A program made the translations under genes and the position numbers. From Anthoceros angustus (Eukaryota; Plantae; Anthocerotophyta), in assembly GCA_010909165.1 (NCBI GenBank), contig MU008158.1, positions 2,257,478-2,321,477 of the forward strand: a stretch of DNA of 64,000 nt, given 5' to 3'. The notes under the pieces were generated by a model. The model saw nothing but the letters and a program-made list of their open reading frames with translations, ran no database searches and was not told where the DNA came from. Shown here in pieces: positions 1 to 13,030 of the stretch (positions are counted from its first letter, which is position 1; each line of letters starts with the position of its first letter).

Positions 1-3000
1 TTCTTGATTTTTCCCCTCCCCTTGAGGAGTGACTTCCTAGCTATGAGTTCGTAAGAACTCTTTAAGTGAAATGCTGCTAAAATTTTTTACCATGAAGGAG
101 TGACTTCCCAAGTATGACTTCATAAGAACTCTTTGAGTCAAATGTTGTATAATTTTATCCTCCCTCAAGGAGTGACTTTCCAACAAAAAGTTCATAAGAA
201 ATGTCTGGTTAAGCTAGCCTAGTATAGAATACCGATCTTTTCATGCACCATCCACATATTTTTAGGGTTCTGTACAGAAAGAAATAGTCTTGCCGCATAC
301 GGCGGAATTATTTCGTTATGTCACGCATGACCACATCGGTCTTGGCTGTGGCCCCCGGTGCACCGATCTCGTCAAGCTGATGATGCACATAAACTTTTTT
401 TTCTCTTTCCCACTTGTGGGTGGGATTTAGGGTTGACTCTTCTGATGGGTGTTTGTGTGCTCTTGCATCATGCATGCATCTGTTGGGTGGCTGTGCGTCT
501 GTGTGCAGTTGCATTTGCGCTGCGCTAAGCCTTTGCGTTTGCTGCACGTCTGAGTGCGTTTGCCCCTGCATGCGGAGCTACAGTGTTTGCCGCTGGCTAC
601 AAGGCTGCAGCATTTGCTGCTGGCTATGGGGGTGCAGTTTCACATAGTACTAAGTACCCTCAAACAAGCTTGTACCAGAAGGACCAACACCAAAAGGGCT
701 TCCATGAAAACAATCGCAAAGACACAAGGCTTGCACTCAAAAAGGCTTGCAGTGCACAAGACTCTAGTTCAAAAGGCCTAGTGCACCACATAACAGAGCA
801 GGCTGATCCCTGTCCACGCCCACGGCGTGGCTTCAGCCTGCGTGCGACGAAGGGGGGACGAGGCCGGAGGTGCGAACTCTAGTGCTCCGGCCGAGAGGCG
901 CACTTGGAGCCAGCACAACCAGGGATGGGGCATGCAGCACCCATTGGCAAGGCGGACATCAGGAGCTTGCTCCCCAAGAGTTCCAGGGCATTATGGCATC
1001 AACCCGGTGACTCATCCTTGGTTGCTATTGATGCAGCCATGAGCGGCGCCATGTCCACGCTCCTTGAGGTCGTGGAGAAGGTGCATGACCTTAGGTTACG
1101 ATGCACGGAGGTGGAGGGCATGATGGAAAGGATGCCCACAACCGCCCCCAACACGCAGACAAGGGGAAGCCCAAGTGCGGCTGCGTTCATGGAATACATG
1201 AACGCAGCCATGCAGGCCGCTGTGTCCATGTCCAAAGGTGGTGGACACCCAAGACCCCCTCCCCCTGATGCTAGCCCTGCCCAATCTTCCCCGTTCCCCC
1301 GCCCCTATCCATTCCCTTTCATGCAGGGAAAGCCGTTTGTTCCCCCTCCAATCCCACAGGCGCAGCCGGCTGCAACTCCTCTTCCCCATTGCAGGCTCCT
1401 TCTTCAGAGGCTGCACCGAGGCAGCCTCTGAACTTGGAAGAGTAGGGGCCACACTGTGGAGCACAGGAGGATGGTGGCCCTGCTCTGCGGCTCTTTCGAG
1501 ATTGAGAGGAGCATGGTTTGCAGGTGGTTTGTAGGTAGGCGTTTTTAGAGCTCCCAACATGAGGTGGGAGTTCAAACTTGAACATGTGCCTTGTTTTTGT
1601 GACTGAAATTGTGCAAGCATGACCTCAAGTGTGGGCTTTTCTGTTTGAAATTGGGGGTATCACTTCGAATGCTTCTGGTGGCCTGGACAAGGCATGAAGG
1701 TTATCCACACTGGCTTGGATGCCTTGTACATCAGATGCTATCAGATGCTATGTGATGAAGGGGAGTGACGAGAAATGAGAGACAACCTCGGAGAAGTACC
1801 GCACGGAGAAGCATGCCCGTCCCTAAACCCGTACCTAGGCTGAGCCTCTCATGGTGCCCGATGCACAAGCCTTAGGTTCTTGCGAAGCCTTCACACGCAT
1901 GCCAGACTTGCCGAAATAATCTGTGTATATGTGCACTGCCGTGTGTAAACATGTATGTATGGTGATGTTACCAAAAAACCCCAAGAACAAAACTTCTCCA
2001 TGACACAATAGGAACACCAGGCCAAAAGTGTGTGATAGAAAGTTTTTGCCCTAGTACGACACTACCAAGGCTGATGTGGCCCATATTATACATGTATTAT
2101 GCGAAGGAATCTAGAAGATATCGTGGCATATTTCAGTACAGGTGAGCAAAAAAAAACAATATCACACACACGATGGCACGTGACGAGAACAGTATTCTGA
2201 AATGTACAATTCTGAATTCTGAAATATAGAATTATGAATTCCATACATGTTCAAATTGTTGAGTGGTTAGTGTTTTACTGTTAAAGTCTAACTTTGGTTC
2301 TTTTGACTTATCTAGTATTTGTGATTGTTTTTCCGCTGGTTATAGGATTCATCAAGTGTGACACTAATTTATGGGAGCATATGAGGGATCAATGTTGTTG
2401 GAGCATGAGATTTTTCTGCAATCAATTGGTACAAAGCTTATGGGATCAGTCTGAGGGAACAAGACTCCTTGTGGAGACCAACATCCGCAGACTGGTATAT
2501 GATCTTTGGACCATGAATGTCATGCTATGCAGTTTTTCTTCACTAACATCGAATTTTAGAGAAACAATGTAAGAATGGAAGCTAGGAATTTTCTAGATGG
2601 GGTCAAGAAGGTGAAGCCCAAATTCGTGAAAAAGGAGTGCTGACAAATTTTTCGGAAGGAGGAGAGGGACAAAAGGGATGGGGTTGTGGCCCCATCCTAG
2701 CAAAAGTTGGCTGTTGTGAAAAGGAGCAAACATTTCGCTCATTTGAGGAGGTTAATGTCATAGCATCCAAACCAGGCTCATGGTTGAAGAGGTTGAATGC
2801 ATATTGGAAGAAAAGTGGACAACCTGCCATGTAGATGGTTCAATAGACGCATTGAGAAGAAGATGAAGGCTTTAACTATGTAGAACGATTTGACTGCAGG
2901 AGACTATGGAATTGAAGAGTCTGATGCCAAGGTGATGAGGGCCATCTACCTCAACATTGTTGAGGATAATGGATTTATGCTAAACCATCTACTTCCCTAT

Positions 3001-3172
3001 CTTTGCAGAAGAATAATGCTCCAACATGATTGCAGGTAATGGTCTAATGAACTTCTTAACTGTAGAAAATTACAACGTAAATTACTAAGGGATATTTACA
3101 ACAATAATTTTACAATGGCCATTGTAATGATGTTGTAAAATCTGTTGTAAAAGGGTACTTTTCCTAGTAGTG
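1..3172. mobile_element. Probable right portion of a CACTA (En/Spm) DNA transposon
   Basis: Ends in ...GTACTTTTCCTAGTAGTG at 3172 (reverse complement CACTACTAGGAAAAGTAC). TTGTAA/TTACAA subterminal motifs lie at 3060-3150, with decayed ORF fragments inside. No matching left end was found. Confidence 0.5.
20..205. repeat. ~70-bp degenerate tandem repeat, ~3 copies
   Basis: GGAGTGACTT...TTC(A/G)TAAGAA core recurs at about 26, 97 and 169. Confidence 0.75.
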
Positions 3173-3761
3173 GCGCATGCATGCAATGACACCAAGCGAA
3201 AACACATATGGCCTTCTCCAGTTCTAGGAAATTGTCCCTTGTCGACGTAAGGTGTGAACTTCTTCATCCAAGAACTCAAGCTGTAGGTCGAGGACTTTAT
3301 GGCTGGTTGTCTAGGATCGGTGGCGTATCCGAGCGAATCTTGGAGAAGGAGTTTCTCCACATACAAGCCGCCGAGTTGACGTCGAGCGAGACTCTAGCAC
3401 GAGATTGTATCCAACCGCATGACGCAAAGAAGCGCGCAACTCCCATTCATAGGCGCCATCAACCAGGCAAGGATGGTTTAGACGTCGTCACATAGCGGGA
3501 GAGATATAGGTTGATCCAAGAGCCTCTGTTCTAGTTGCTCATGTGGTTTGGGAGGGGAGGTACCAACAAGCAAGTGTTGCATCTTTTGCTCCACATCCCA
3601 TTTGGATTGGGCAAGAGAGGAGAGGGGCTGGACTATTTCCGAGTGATTTGAACTGCGGGTAGGGGTGGAAGGCAACATCATAAAAATCCTCCAGATGCTC
3701 ATATCCAGTGTCCCTTGAGGAAAGCGAGCAGATCTTCTAGAAAGTCTATGGCATCAAGCTC

Positions 3762-4164
3762 TATTAGGAAAAGAGCTGAGCCTTTATAGAGAGGGAACAC
3801 AACATTCCCATACAATATGGGTTATATGCACTAGGCACACTAGATACTAGCACACAAGCACACAAGAACACTTGCACACACCACACCTTACAAATAGGTG
3901 GGCTTGGCCTTATATAGTCCTAGCCTTGAATCCTACTGGTCACTTGACCTTGAATCCTATTGGTTACTTGACCTTGAGTCCTATTGGTCACTTGACCTTG
4001 AATCCTACTGGTCACTTGACTTGCCCTTTACTTTTGGACTTTCTAGAAGATACTTTCTAGAAGATGCATGACTTTCAGGTTATTTTTAGGGCACTCTTCA
4101 TAACCTGCTTTTAGGGTACTCTTCATAACATATTTTGATATGTTGTCATAAAACACTTCTAACA
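3762..4164 (-). repeat. 3' LTR of the copia element
   Basis: TATTAGGAAAAG...TTCTAACA, with about 7 differences from the other LTR. Confidence 0.95.
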
Positions 4165-4175
4165 CTCCCACTCAA
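4165..4175 (-). other. Polypurine tract
   Basis: TTGAGTGGGAG on the minus strand, abutting the 3' LTR. Confidence 0.8.
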
Positions 4176-4185
4176 CATATCAAAA

Positions 4186-7100
4186 TTATTCCCTTAGGCC
4201 TAGCATCTTGCTAAACCTAGCATGTTTTTCTAAAGTCAAGGCTTTGGTCAAAATATCTGCCGGCATGTCTCTGTTGGACAATACTCTAGCTTTACCTCTT
4301 TTGACTTTACCTTCTCTCTTATAAAGTGATGTTTCACTTCGATGTGCTTGGTTCTAGCATGAAAAGTTGCATTCTTGGCTAAGAAAATGCAACCTTGATT
4401 GTCGTTGAAGATTGTTGTTGCTTCCTTCTGCTTGAATCCCATCTCCTCTAGCAAGTTACGCAACCATATCGCCTCCATGACCGCAGAGCATGTTGCCATA
4501 TATTCTGCTTCTGTAGAGGATAGAGCCACAGTAGGTTGTCTCCTACTATTCCATGAAATGGCTCCCCCAGTCAGCATAAATGCATATCCCGTCGTAGACT
4601 TGCGACTATCAACATCTCCTGCCCAGTCTGAATCACAATATCCTACCACTCGGACTTCCTGCTGATGCTCCTGTTGATACACCAAATTCCAATGCTTTGT
4701 ACCACTCAAGTACCTCATTATCCTCTTCACGGCTTGAAACTGCTGTTGTCCAGGGTTAGCCATAAATTGACTTGCAACTCCACGCCTGCAATGTCGCCTT
4801 GTCCTGTAGATAAATAGGTGAGGCATCCAACACCGATAGAGAGTTTTATCTACCTTCTCCTTCTCTTCTTGATTGTAGGACTCATCTCCTTTGAGAGCTT
4901 CTCATTAAGCACCATTGGTGTCTTCACAGCTTGCACTCTTGCATTCCAAAGCGCTTGGGACATTCTCAACATATGTCCTTTGGCTCAAAGAGATCTTCTT
5001 GTTAGCTCTCTCATTACTTCTATCCTAGAAAGTAATGAAGTTCACCTAGATCCCTCATATCAAAACTATCATTAAGACTCTTCTTTGTACTTTCTAAGAG
5101 CTCCAAATCATTGCAAACAAGGATTAGATCATCCACATAGACAGCAATGATCATCATGGACTCTCCCACTCTCTTCACATAGATGTTCCAATCTCCATTG
5201 GTTTTCTTGAAACCTCTAGCTTGGAAGAACTTGTCAATCTTAACATACCAGGTAAGTGCAGATTGCTTAAGACCATAGAGTGCCTTTAGCAATTTACATA
5301 CCTCACTTTCCCGCCCTGGCACTTCATACCCTTCTGGTTGGTTCATGTAGATCTCTTCTTCCAAATCTCCATTGAGAAACGCAGTTTGGACATCCATGTG
5401 ATGTATCTCCAGATCCATGGTAGCTGCTATTGCTAAGAGTATACGAATGGATGTTATCTTAGCAACAGGGGAGAAAGTGTCGGTGTAGTCAATACCTGGC
5501 ACTTGTGTATATCCCTTCCCCACCAGCCTTGCTTTGTATCGCTCTATGCTCCCATCAGCGTTGTGCTTGATCTTGAACACCCATTTGGATCCTATGCACT
5601 TCCTTCCTTGGGGTAGAGGAGTGATTTCCCAAGTCTTGTTCTTGATAAGTGAGTTATACTCACTATCCAGGGCTTCTTTCCACTCCTTCGCCTTTGGCCC
5701 TTCCAAGGCTTCCTTCAAGCTTTGCGGCTCATCAGCATCTGCCAACATAGCCTCTTCGTACTTGCATGCATTCATGGACTCCAAAATTTTCTGCGAAGGT
5801 TTCCATCGCCTTGATGATCTCCTGATCTGGGTCGACGGCTCCTCTTGGATTCTTCGATCTCGCTCCTCTTCATCATCCTCGATATCCGGGCTTCTCACCT
5901 TCTATATCACCTTGTGGTAGAGGTTGCTCATGCTCGAACAGTTGAGCATGCTCAAGAGTAGGTTGCTCAAGAACCAAGTCTTGTGCTTCTTCACGCTCCT
6001 TCAACTCCTTGATGACAACTTGCGTTGCTCCCACTCCTTTGTTAGGTTCCACAACCTCATGAAAAACAACATCCTCGAAAATGATTTTCTTGGTTGTAGG
6101 GTTGTATAATCTATACCCTTTACCTCATGAATACCCAAGCATGATGCACTGGATGCCTTTAGGATCCCACTTGGTTCGGTTTTGCTTTGGAACATGAGCA
6201 TAAACCTGTAACCAAAGATCCTAAAATGACTCACGTTAGGTTTGACACTGACCATGCCTCCTCGGTCATTCCAGTCTGACCTTGGTTGGAACTCTATTCA
6301 AAACATGAGTTGTCAGACCTCTCCCAAAACGTACCTCCAACCCACTTTGATGGAGCATGCACTTGGCCGCCTCCACTAGGCTCCTTAGCTTGCGCCCGCC
6401 ACTCCATTTTGCTCCGGTGTGAGGAATTGTTAGTTGCCTCCGAATGCCATGCTCCTTGCAAAAGCTTTTGAATTGAGAAGAGATGTATTCTCCTCCATTG
6501 TCACTCCTCGTGTCTTGAGGCATTCTCCACTTTCGTTCTCCACCAAGGCTTTCCACTCCTTGAATGTCTTGAACACTTGGACTTCTCCTTCAAAAGGTAT
6601 GTCCAACTCCTCCTTGTGAAGTCATCCACAAACACTAGAATGTAGCGGGCTCCTCCATGGGTAGGGTTCTTCATTGGTCCACACATCGGTGTGTACAAGT
6701 TCCAACGCCTTTGCCGCCGACGCCCAATCCTTGGGAACTTGGTTCGGTGAAGCTTTCCCATCATGCACCCTTGGCACAACCGCGGCTCACCAATATCTTT
6801 CAAATCCAAGCCGGTCACCATTTGTTGATTCTTCATCATCTTGATGTTGTCCACTCCAGTGTGCCCCAAGCGTTGATGCCACAAATCTATTGACCCAGTG
6901 CTCTTAGGCGAGCTTGACACAAATGTGCAAGCTTGTTGATCACCTACGGAAGCACACAACTTGTAGAGATTGCCTTCCCGAACACCTCGAGCTATCACCT
7001 TGACATTAGGTGATTCTGGTTGCTCGGGTCGGATGCGACATCCCCTCGAGTTGAACACAATCTCATTCCCTGGGTCAGTGATTCTTGCTACTGAAAGAAG

Positions 7101-8182
7101 ATTCTTCGCAAGACCAGGCACATGGTGCACATCCTTGATTGTACATCCTTGGATGGTCCTCCACGGAGTTAAACCTTAATCACACCTCTTCCTTTGATCT
7201 CGTGTCACCTATTGTCTCCAAGCGCCACTTTATGCCCCGCATTTCTTCATAGCTTGAGAACCAAGGCCGATTGTAGGTGAAGTGTTGAGATGCTCCAGTC
7301 GAGGTACAAACTCTCATCCTTCTTTGATGGGAGTTGTACTCTTTCTACGGTTGAGACAGCGAAAAGATGTTCTTCCTTCTCACTCACTTGATTGGCTTGT
7401 GACTCCTTTCCTTCTTCTTCAAGTCACCAACCTTGTCCTACAATCCTTGGCATAGTGATTAGGCTTTTGCAATAATGGCAAGTACCCCACACCTTTTCTT
7501 CGCACCTTTTCTCCTTGATCCTTCTTGAGTTGGCTTGTGAAGTCTTCCCACGTGTTGTTCCCTTCTTTGAGAAGAGCACCGAGTCTCCATTCTCTTCTTT
7601 CTTGAAGGAATTCTCCAGCTCCTCTTGTAGGAGCAACCCAACCACCTCATCCAACGTTGGTGGTTGGTCGCTTGGACGCATCGCTACCGACGTTCTAAAG
7701 GCCAACACAAATTGCTTGTATGCGGATGGTAAGCTACTCAGCAACACCACGATAACCTTTCTTTCAGAAGGTTTGACGTCCGCCGCCTTCATTTGATCCA
7801 CCAAGTTCTTCAACTTGTTGACGTGTTGTTGAATGGTGTCACCCTCGACCATCTTGAAGTTGGCGAATTGTTGCTCCAACAACATCTCATTCACCAAGCT
7901 CTTCTTCTCATACGTGTTGCAGAGGGTCGTCCACGCCGCTTTTGATGTTGCACACTCACTCAATTGAGAGAGTATGTCATCGGACACATTGAGGAGAATC
8001 GTCGCCAACGCTCGTCCATCTTTCTCGGTGTCCACTTCGGTGGGTGTTTCTCCGAGGCCATTGTCGACAAACTTCCATAGTCCTCGGTCGATGAGAAGCA
8101 TCTTCAACTTCAACTTCCACAATGTGAAGTTCGTGCCTCCAAACTTCTCCACTAGACGTGTCTCCATGCTTGTTGACGCCAT
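4186..8182 (-). pseudogene. Copia gag-pol polyprotein, frameshifted as assembled
   Basis: ORF pieces give gag (7424-8275), GAG-pre-integrase (WHQRLGH), integrase (RSDNGGEY), RT (5020-5898) and RNase H (4248-4826). Confidence 0.9.
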
Positions 8183-8363
8183 GCCTAGTTTCCCTACAAT
8201 TGATCTTGAAGACCAAAGCACCTCACTCACATGCACTACCAAGATGAGTATCAAGACCTTTCCAATTGCACACAAGTTTTCACAAGCTCTAGGCTAAGAA
8301 CTATGCAATAGGACTTGACTCGAACAACAATGCAAGGAGTATTCTACAAGGCTCTTGAACATG

Positions 8364-8375
8364 GCTCTAATACCA
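8364..8375 (-). other. Primer-binding site (tRNA-iMet type)
   Basis: TGGTATTAGAGC next to the 5' LTR, one mismatch from the canonical TGGTATCAGAGC. Confidence 0.88.
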
Positions 8376-8778
8376 TGTTAGGAAAAGAGCTGAGCCTTTA
8401 TAGAGAGGGAACACAACATTCCCATACAATATGGGTTATATGCACTAGGCACACTAGATACTAGCACACAAGCACACAAGAACACTTGCACACACCACAC
8501 CTTATAAGTAGGTGGGCTTGGCCTTATATAGTCCTAGCCTTGAATCCTACTGGTCACTTGACCTTGAATCCTATTGGTTACTTGACCTTGAGTCCTATTG
8601 GTCACTTGACCTTGAATCCTCTTGGTCACTTGACTTGCCCTTTACTTTTGGACTTTCTAGAAGATACTTTCTAGAAGATGCATGACTTTCAGGTTATTTT
8701 TAGGGCACTCTTCATAAACTGCTTTTAGGGTACTCTTCATAACATATTTTGATATGTTGTAATAAAACACTTCTAACA
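8376..8778 (-). repeat. 5' LTR of the copia element
   Basis: TG...CA termini. Contains four 24-bp repeats and a CTATATAAGG TATA box on the minus strand. Confidence 0.95.
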
Positions 8779-9689
8779 AGCTCCATACTAGAAAGTTGGG
8801 GCGGCCGAAGATTGGCTCCCTTCCTAATTGGAATTCAAAGCGGCAGACAGTTTGGTCACGGGCAATGAAGAGGAGCAGGTAATCCAAGCGCTTGTGGACT
8901 GTAATAGTATACTCGCAGTGAAGAGGGAGGCGGGAAATAGGAAGGGGACGATTGGGGGGGTGTCTGTTGCCCGCAAGGACCACTCTAGACATCGTGGGCA
9001 GTAGCGGGATGAACCGGGAGGTTGGAGAGGAGAGAGAGGTAAGGATGGGGCATAGGGGGGAGCAAGGGCAGAAAGGAGTGTCGAAGGAGCAAAGACATGG
9101 CGACCTTGGCTAGCCATCGCACCATATATGCATGACATGAAGAAGGGAGAGATAGGCTATTGGTGAGGGAACCAGGGCCTAGCTCGTGTGTGGGAGATGG
9201 TGAGGGGCTAAGGATAGTAGTAGCATTTAAATGCCCAAGGGATAGGTGCAGCCGGTGAACAAGGGTGCACGAATCGAGAAGGGCAGGCATCCTGGTATAG
9301 GTGGCAAGGTTGGCTTGGAAACTCCACCGATCTTCAGGGCATCCGGGGCGAAATCCGTCCAAGCTTTGAAAAAGAAGGTGGCTGCGCCATGCTGCCAACG
9401 GTGATGGAAGCGTGGCTAGGGAGGATTGGCAGGGAGGAGGCCGGAGGCCAAGGTGTGAGAGGAGCCGTTCTTGGCTCGTGCCAATCAGCCAAATGAGAGG
9501 AGCTCGTGAATTGAGCGCACAGCGATCGTAGGGAGGATTGATGCTGACTGGTACCAACATTGTCCATGAGTTCGGAGCGGATCTCCTCCAGGCTAGCTAG
9601 CCCCACCATCCCACTAATGCCCATGATTGGTGTGCAACATGCTGGCCTGACGTCCTCTCACACTGGACACGAGTGAGATGTACGCTCAA

Positions 9690-12230
9690 TGTGGGGGGTT
9701 TTTGGTCGTCTTCTCATTCACCTTATGTCGATAATTTTGAAGGGGATATCGACCCTTGTCACGAAGAACACCTTGTCACGAAGAACACCTTACCTAGAAC
9801 AGCATATGTGCCCTACTTTGATAATGCACACACCCTTTCTGAGGTCATATCTTTGATAAAAGATGCACTTTCAAGTCTACACCCGAGAACTGGAGCACAG
9901 TAGGGTGTGGGCCCGTTTGCGTTTTAGTAGAATGCATAGAGGGCTGCCATTTTCATATGTTTATTACAACCGAAAACTTTTACTTTCAAGTGGTGGAACA
10001 CAATGAAAACAATCCTGTACTAGCGGGAGTCTCATTTAAGTGGTCGTGAGAACATTGCAACAAACAACTGCTGAAGGAGGAAGTGGTCATCAGCATCGAC
10101 AATAGCCATTCAAGAGTGCGGCCTGGCGACTCATCCATGCCTTGCGCCGAAACTGAGTCAAGTACCACCGCCATATTCCGGAGGCGGTCCATATCCTCCG
10201 CCTCGAAGTTGTCGTTCTCCTCCATTGCTTGCTCGTCTTCAATAGTATCATTCTTGGGCCCGGTCCGGCGGTGTCGGCGCCACCACGGCATCTATCTGAC
10301 CCTCATCCAAAAGGTCGCCGATCGTGGTCTTCAACCTTCGGCACTCAATGCAACCACTTGGGCTTTAAGGCAATGCCAACGTCCTTAAAATGAACAAAGT
10401 TAGTTGCCCATGCGCCCATGCAAGCATCCTTAAAATCAACAAAATTGAATTGTTGAGGCGAGGTTTGAACACAAACCTATTCATTACTACACTTATTTCC
10501 CAAACACTAGACCAACAATCCATGGTTGAATACTCTTGAGGCGCTAAATATTTATTTTGAAGACAGCCTAGGAGGAGGCGCCGGCGCGCCCATGGGTGGG
10601 CAGGGTGTTGGGGGCGCCGGCCGGCCCATGGGCAAGGCATGGCGTGTTGGTGGGGGCGCCGGCGGCGCCCATGGGAGGCGGCGTGTTGGGGGCGCCCATG
10701 GCGTGTGCTAGGGAGGCGGCGGCGGCGGCGCCCATGGGAGGGGAGGCGGCGGCGCCCATGCGCCCATGGGTGTGCTGGGGAGGCGGCGCCGGCGCCATGG
10801 GCGGGTGTGCTGGGGAGGCGGCGGCGCCGGCGTGTGCTAGGGGAGGCGCCCATGGGCAGGTGTGCTAGGGAGGCGGCGGCGTGTTGGGGGCGGCGGCCGG
10901 CCGGCGCCCATGGGCAAGGCATGGCGTGTTGGGGGCGCGCCCATGGGCGGTGTGCTAGGGGAGGCGGCGCCCATGAGCATCTTGGGGAGGCCGGCCGGCG
11001 CCTCCTGCACCATCCTGGTGCATCTGGGTGAAGCTAGGGGGACAAGAAGGGCAGCGGGTATCCTATCACCGATGGAAGGTGTGGCCCATTTGCGGGAAGG
11101 GTTAAAAGATTTGCGTCCATAGGTGATTGAAGAGTATAAGTGGTGGGAAGCCTTTTGGGTGGACGGAAGGAGATTGCTATCATTGTGGAGAATAACATTG
11201 GGCTAGTGCTACGTCCTTGGAAGTGGTTTTCACGTGCGTAAGTGGATCATACATGACCACTTCAAGTGCGGATGAAGCTTTGCTAGATGAGGCATTATTG
11301 AGGGACCTCCACAGTGATATGTAGGGGCATATCAAAATGCGGGAAGGCAAGCTGCGGAAATGGCACGGATGAATGGGGACATAACGGAACCGAGAGGGAT
11401 GTTTACGGCGGTGCCGTGCAATACGGACACGCATAACAGGCCATTACGGATTGGGAGGTCATTGACGTGAAGCTAAGCGCACCACGACCTCACTTTCTTA
11501 TCCACTAGTATCGGACCGAGCACATAGATGCGTATGAAGGAGATATGCGAGAACACATAGTCGCGGTGGTAACCCATCCGGTCCAATCTTGGGAAAAAGG
11601 GAATAAGATCCATTACCTAAAAACATACAGAGGTATTTGTAGATGAAACAGTCATCCTGTATTATGGGTTTGTGTTGAGCATGCGGAAACATCATGTCAC
11701 GGTGGACAAAAAGCGATAAGGGATAAGCTCTGCGAGTTGCGTGGCTTCATACAACTGCGGTGAAAGTGTCGCGAAGATAGTGATGACAATGGAGGAGAAT
11801 TTGGACCAAGTGATGACGATGGATTGAACTACGGGGATGAGTGGCGAAATCTCGTTTTCCGGGGTCCCGAGTTAATGTTGTAAGTCCAGGTTCTTGATGT
11901 TTACGTGTTAGGAAATACCGTCTGTGGCTTTTGTGGTGTCATAACAAAACCACATTTCCATCCCAAAGCGAGTTCTGATCGTCACGTGAGAGCGGCCTTC
12001 CTCACCGTTCCTACTTTGCATCATTCCCTAGGTTCGAGTTTGCGACCACCATTCGACACAAACATTCTTTGGATGGAAAGTAGTAACTTTCTTGGGTGAC
12101 ACCCTTTTTTGAATGTTTTCGCAATGCCTTCAAAGCATTTTAGGGCCCATCAAAAACCCCCTTCAGAGAATATTTGCGGAAAACCCCCTTCGAGATTATT
12201 CACCCCCTTCAAAAATTATCGTGTTTTGTC
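9690..12230 (-). mobile_element. Probable degenerate DNA transposon with inverted subterminal motifs
   Basis: CGATAATTTTGAAGGGG (9729-9745) is the inverse of CCCCCTTCAAAAATTATCG (12203-12221). Decayed minus-strand ORF fragments lie between them. Confidence 0.35.
10570..11000. repeat. GC-rich minisatellite
   Basis: Repeated GCGCCCATGG(G) and GTGTGCT(A/G)GGGAGGCGGCG modules. Confidence 0.85.
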
Positions 12231-12646
12231 CAGAGACGGCTCTATCTCGCCCGATTCCGCCTTCCACCCCTTGTCGGCGAGTCACTCGAGTTCGTATTTC
12301 AACTAACCAAAATGTAGATGCTGCAATTTATGCCACCTTCATGGCTGATATTGGTAATGACAAAGACGGAACGACACAAACGCCTCACCCTAGGCCTCAT
12401 CTAGGCCGTGGACGAGATCAACTCGCTTTTCATATGAGTGGAACATCAAATTCCCTAACCATTGGCTCAAAAGTTTATATGTTGAAATTGTAGATGCAAG
12501 AAGGCAAAGGATGAGATATAAGAGGAAAAAAAATTAATTAAATATAACATTCTACCACAAAATGACAATTCAAAGATGTCTAGCAAGATTACCCCAGGTC
12601 ATCCCTACATAGGCCAAGTTGAAGCTGTGACCAAGTTGAGGTCAGG

Positions 12647-12773
12647 CCACCCTCTTGCGGCCTACTCTAAACACCGATACCTCGAAGGGCTTTCCTTTGA
12701 TGTCATAGTCCACCCTCTTGCGGCCTGCTCTAAACACCGGTACCTCGAAGGGCTTTCCTTTGATGTCATAGTC
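12647..12773. repeat. 63-bp tandem repeat, 2 copies
   Basis: CCACCCTCTTGCGGCCT...GATGTCATAGT occurs twice. Confidence 0.9.
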
Positions 12774-13030
12774 CGGCCCGCGCCAAGTCTCACAACTCCT
12801 AAACAACCATTCATATATATCCTATTATATCGAAGGCATGTGCTAACGCTTACCATGGTCCAACAACGTGCATCCATTGCCCTCGAATAGGCACTCGCAA
12901 CAACAATCCTTGTAAGGCAATGATAGCAAGTGATGAATCCTTCTCTACCTCTATAATATGTAGGCCAATTACTTTTCTTACGTGTCACATTGTTGCCGCA
13001 GGTGACTTCCGGTATGGAGCTTAGTTGCTC

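Larger units (their letters stand above)
3762..8778 (-). mobile_element. Full-length Ty1/copia LTR retrotransposon (5017 bp)
   Basis: Two 403-bp LTRs. TSD AGCTC at 3757-3761 and 8779-8783. Domain order gag, protease, integrase, RT (YVDDL), RNase H (YCDSDWAGD). Confidence 0.97.
3173..9650 (-). mobile_element. Decayed unidentified element or ORF interrupted by the copia insertion
   Basis: The minus-strand frame ...FGRPNFLVWSL at 8784 runs up to the TSD and resumes below 3757 with scattered stop codons. No family motif was recognised. Confidence 0.35.

Noticed and set aside
2060-2066. CACTACC as the left end of the CACTA element
   Set aside because: The TIR match is poor and the 3-bp flanks differ (CGA versus GCG).
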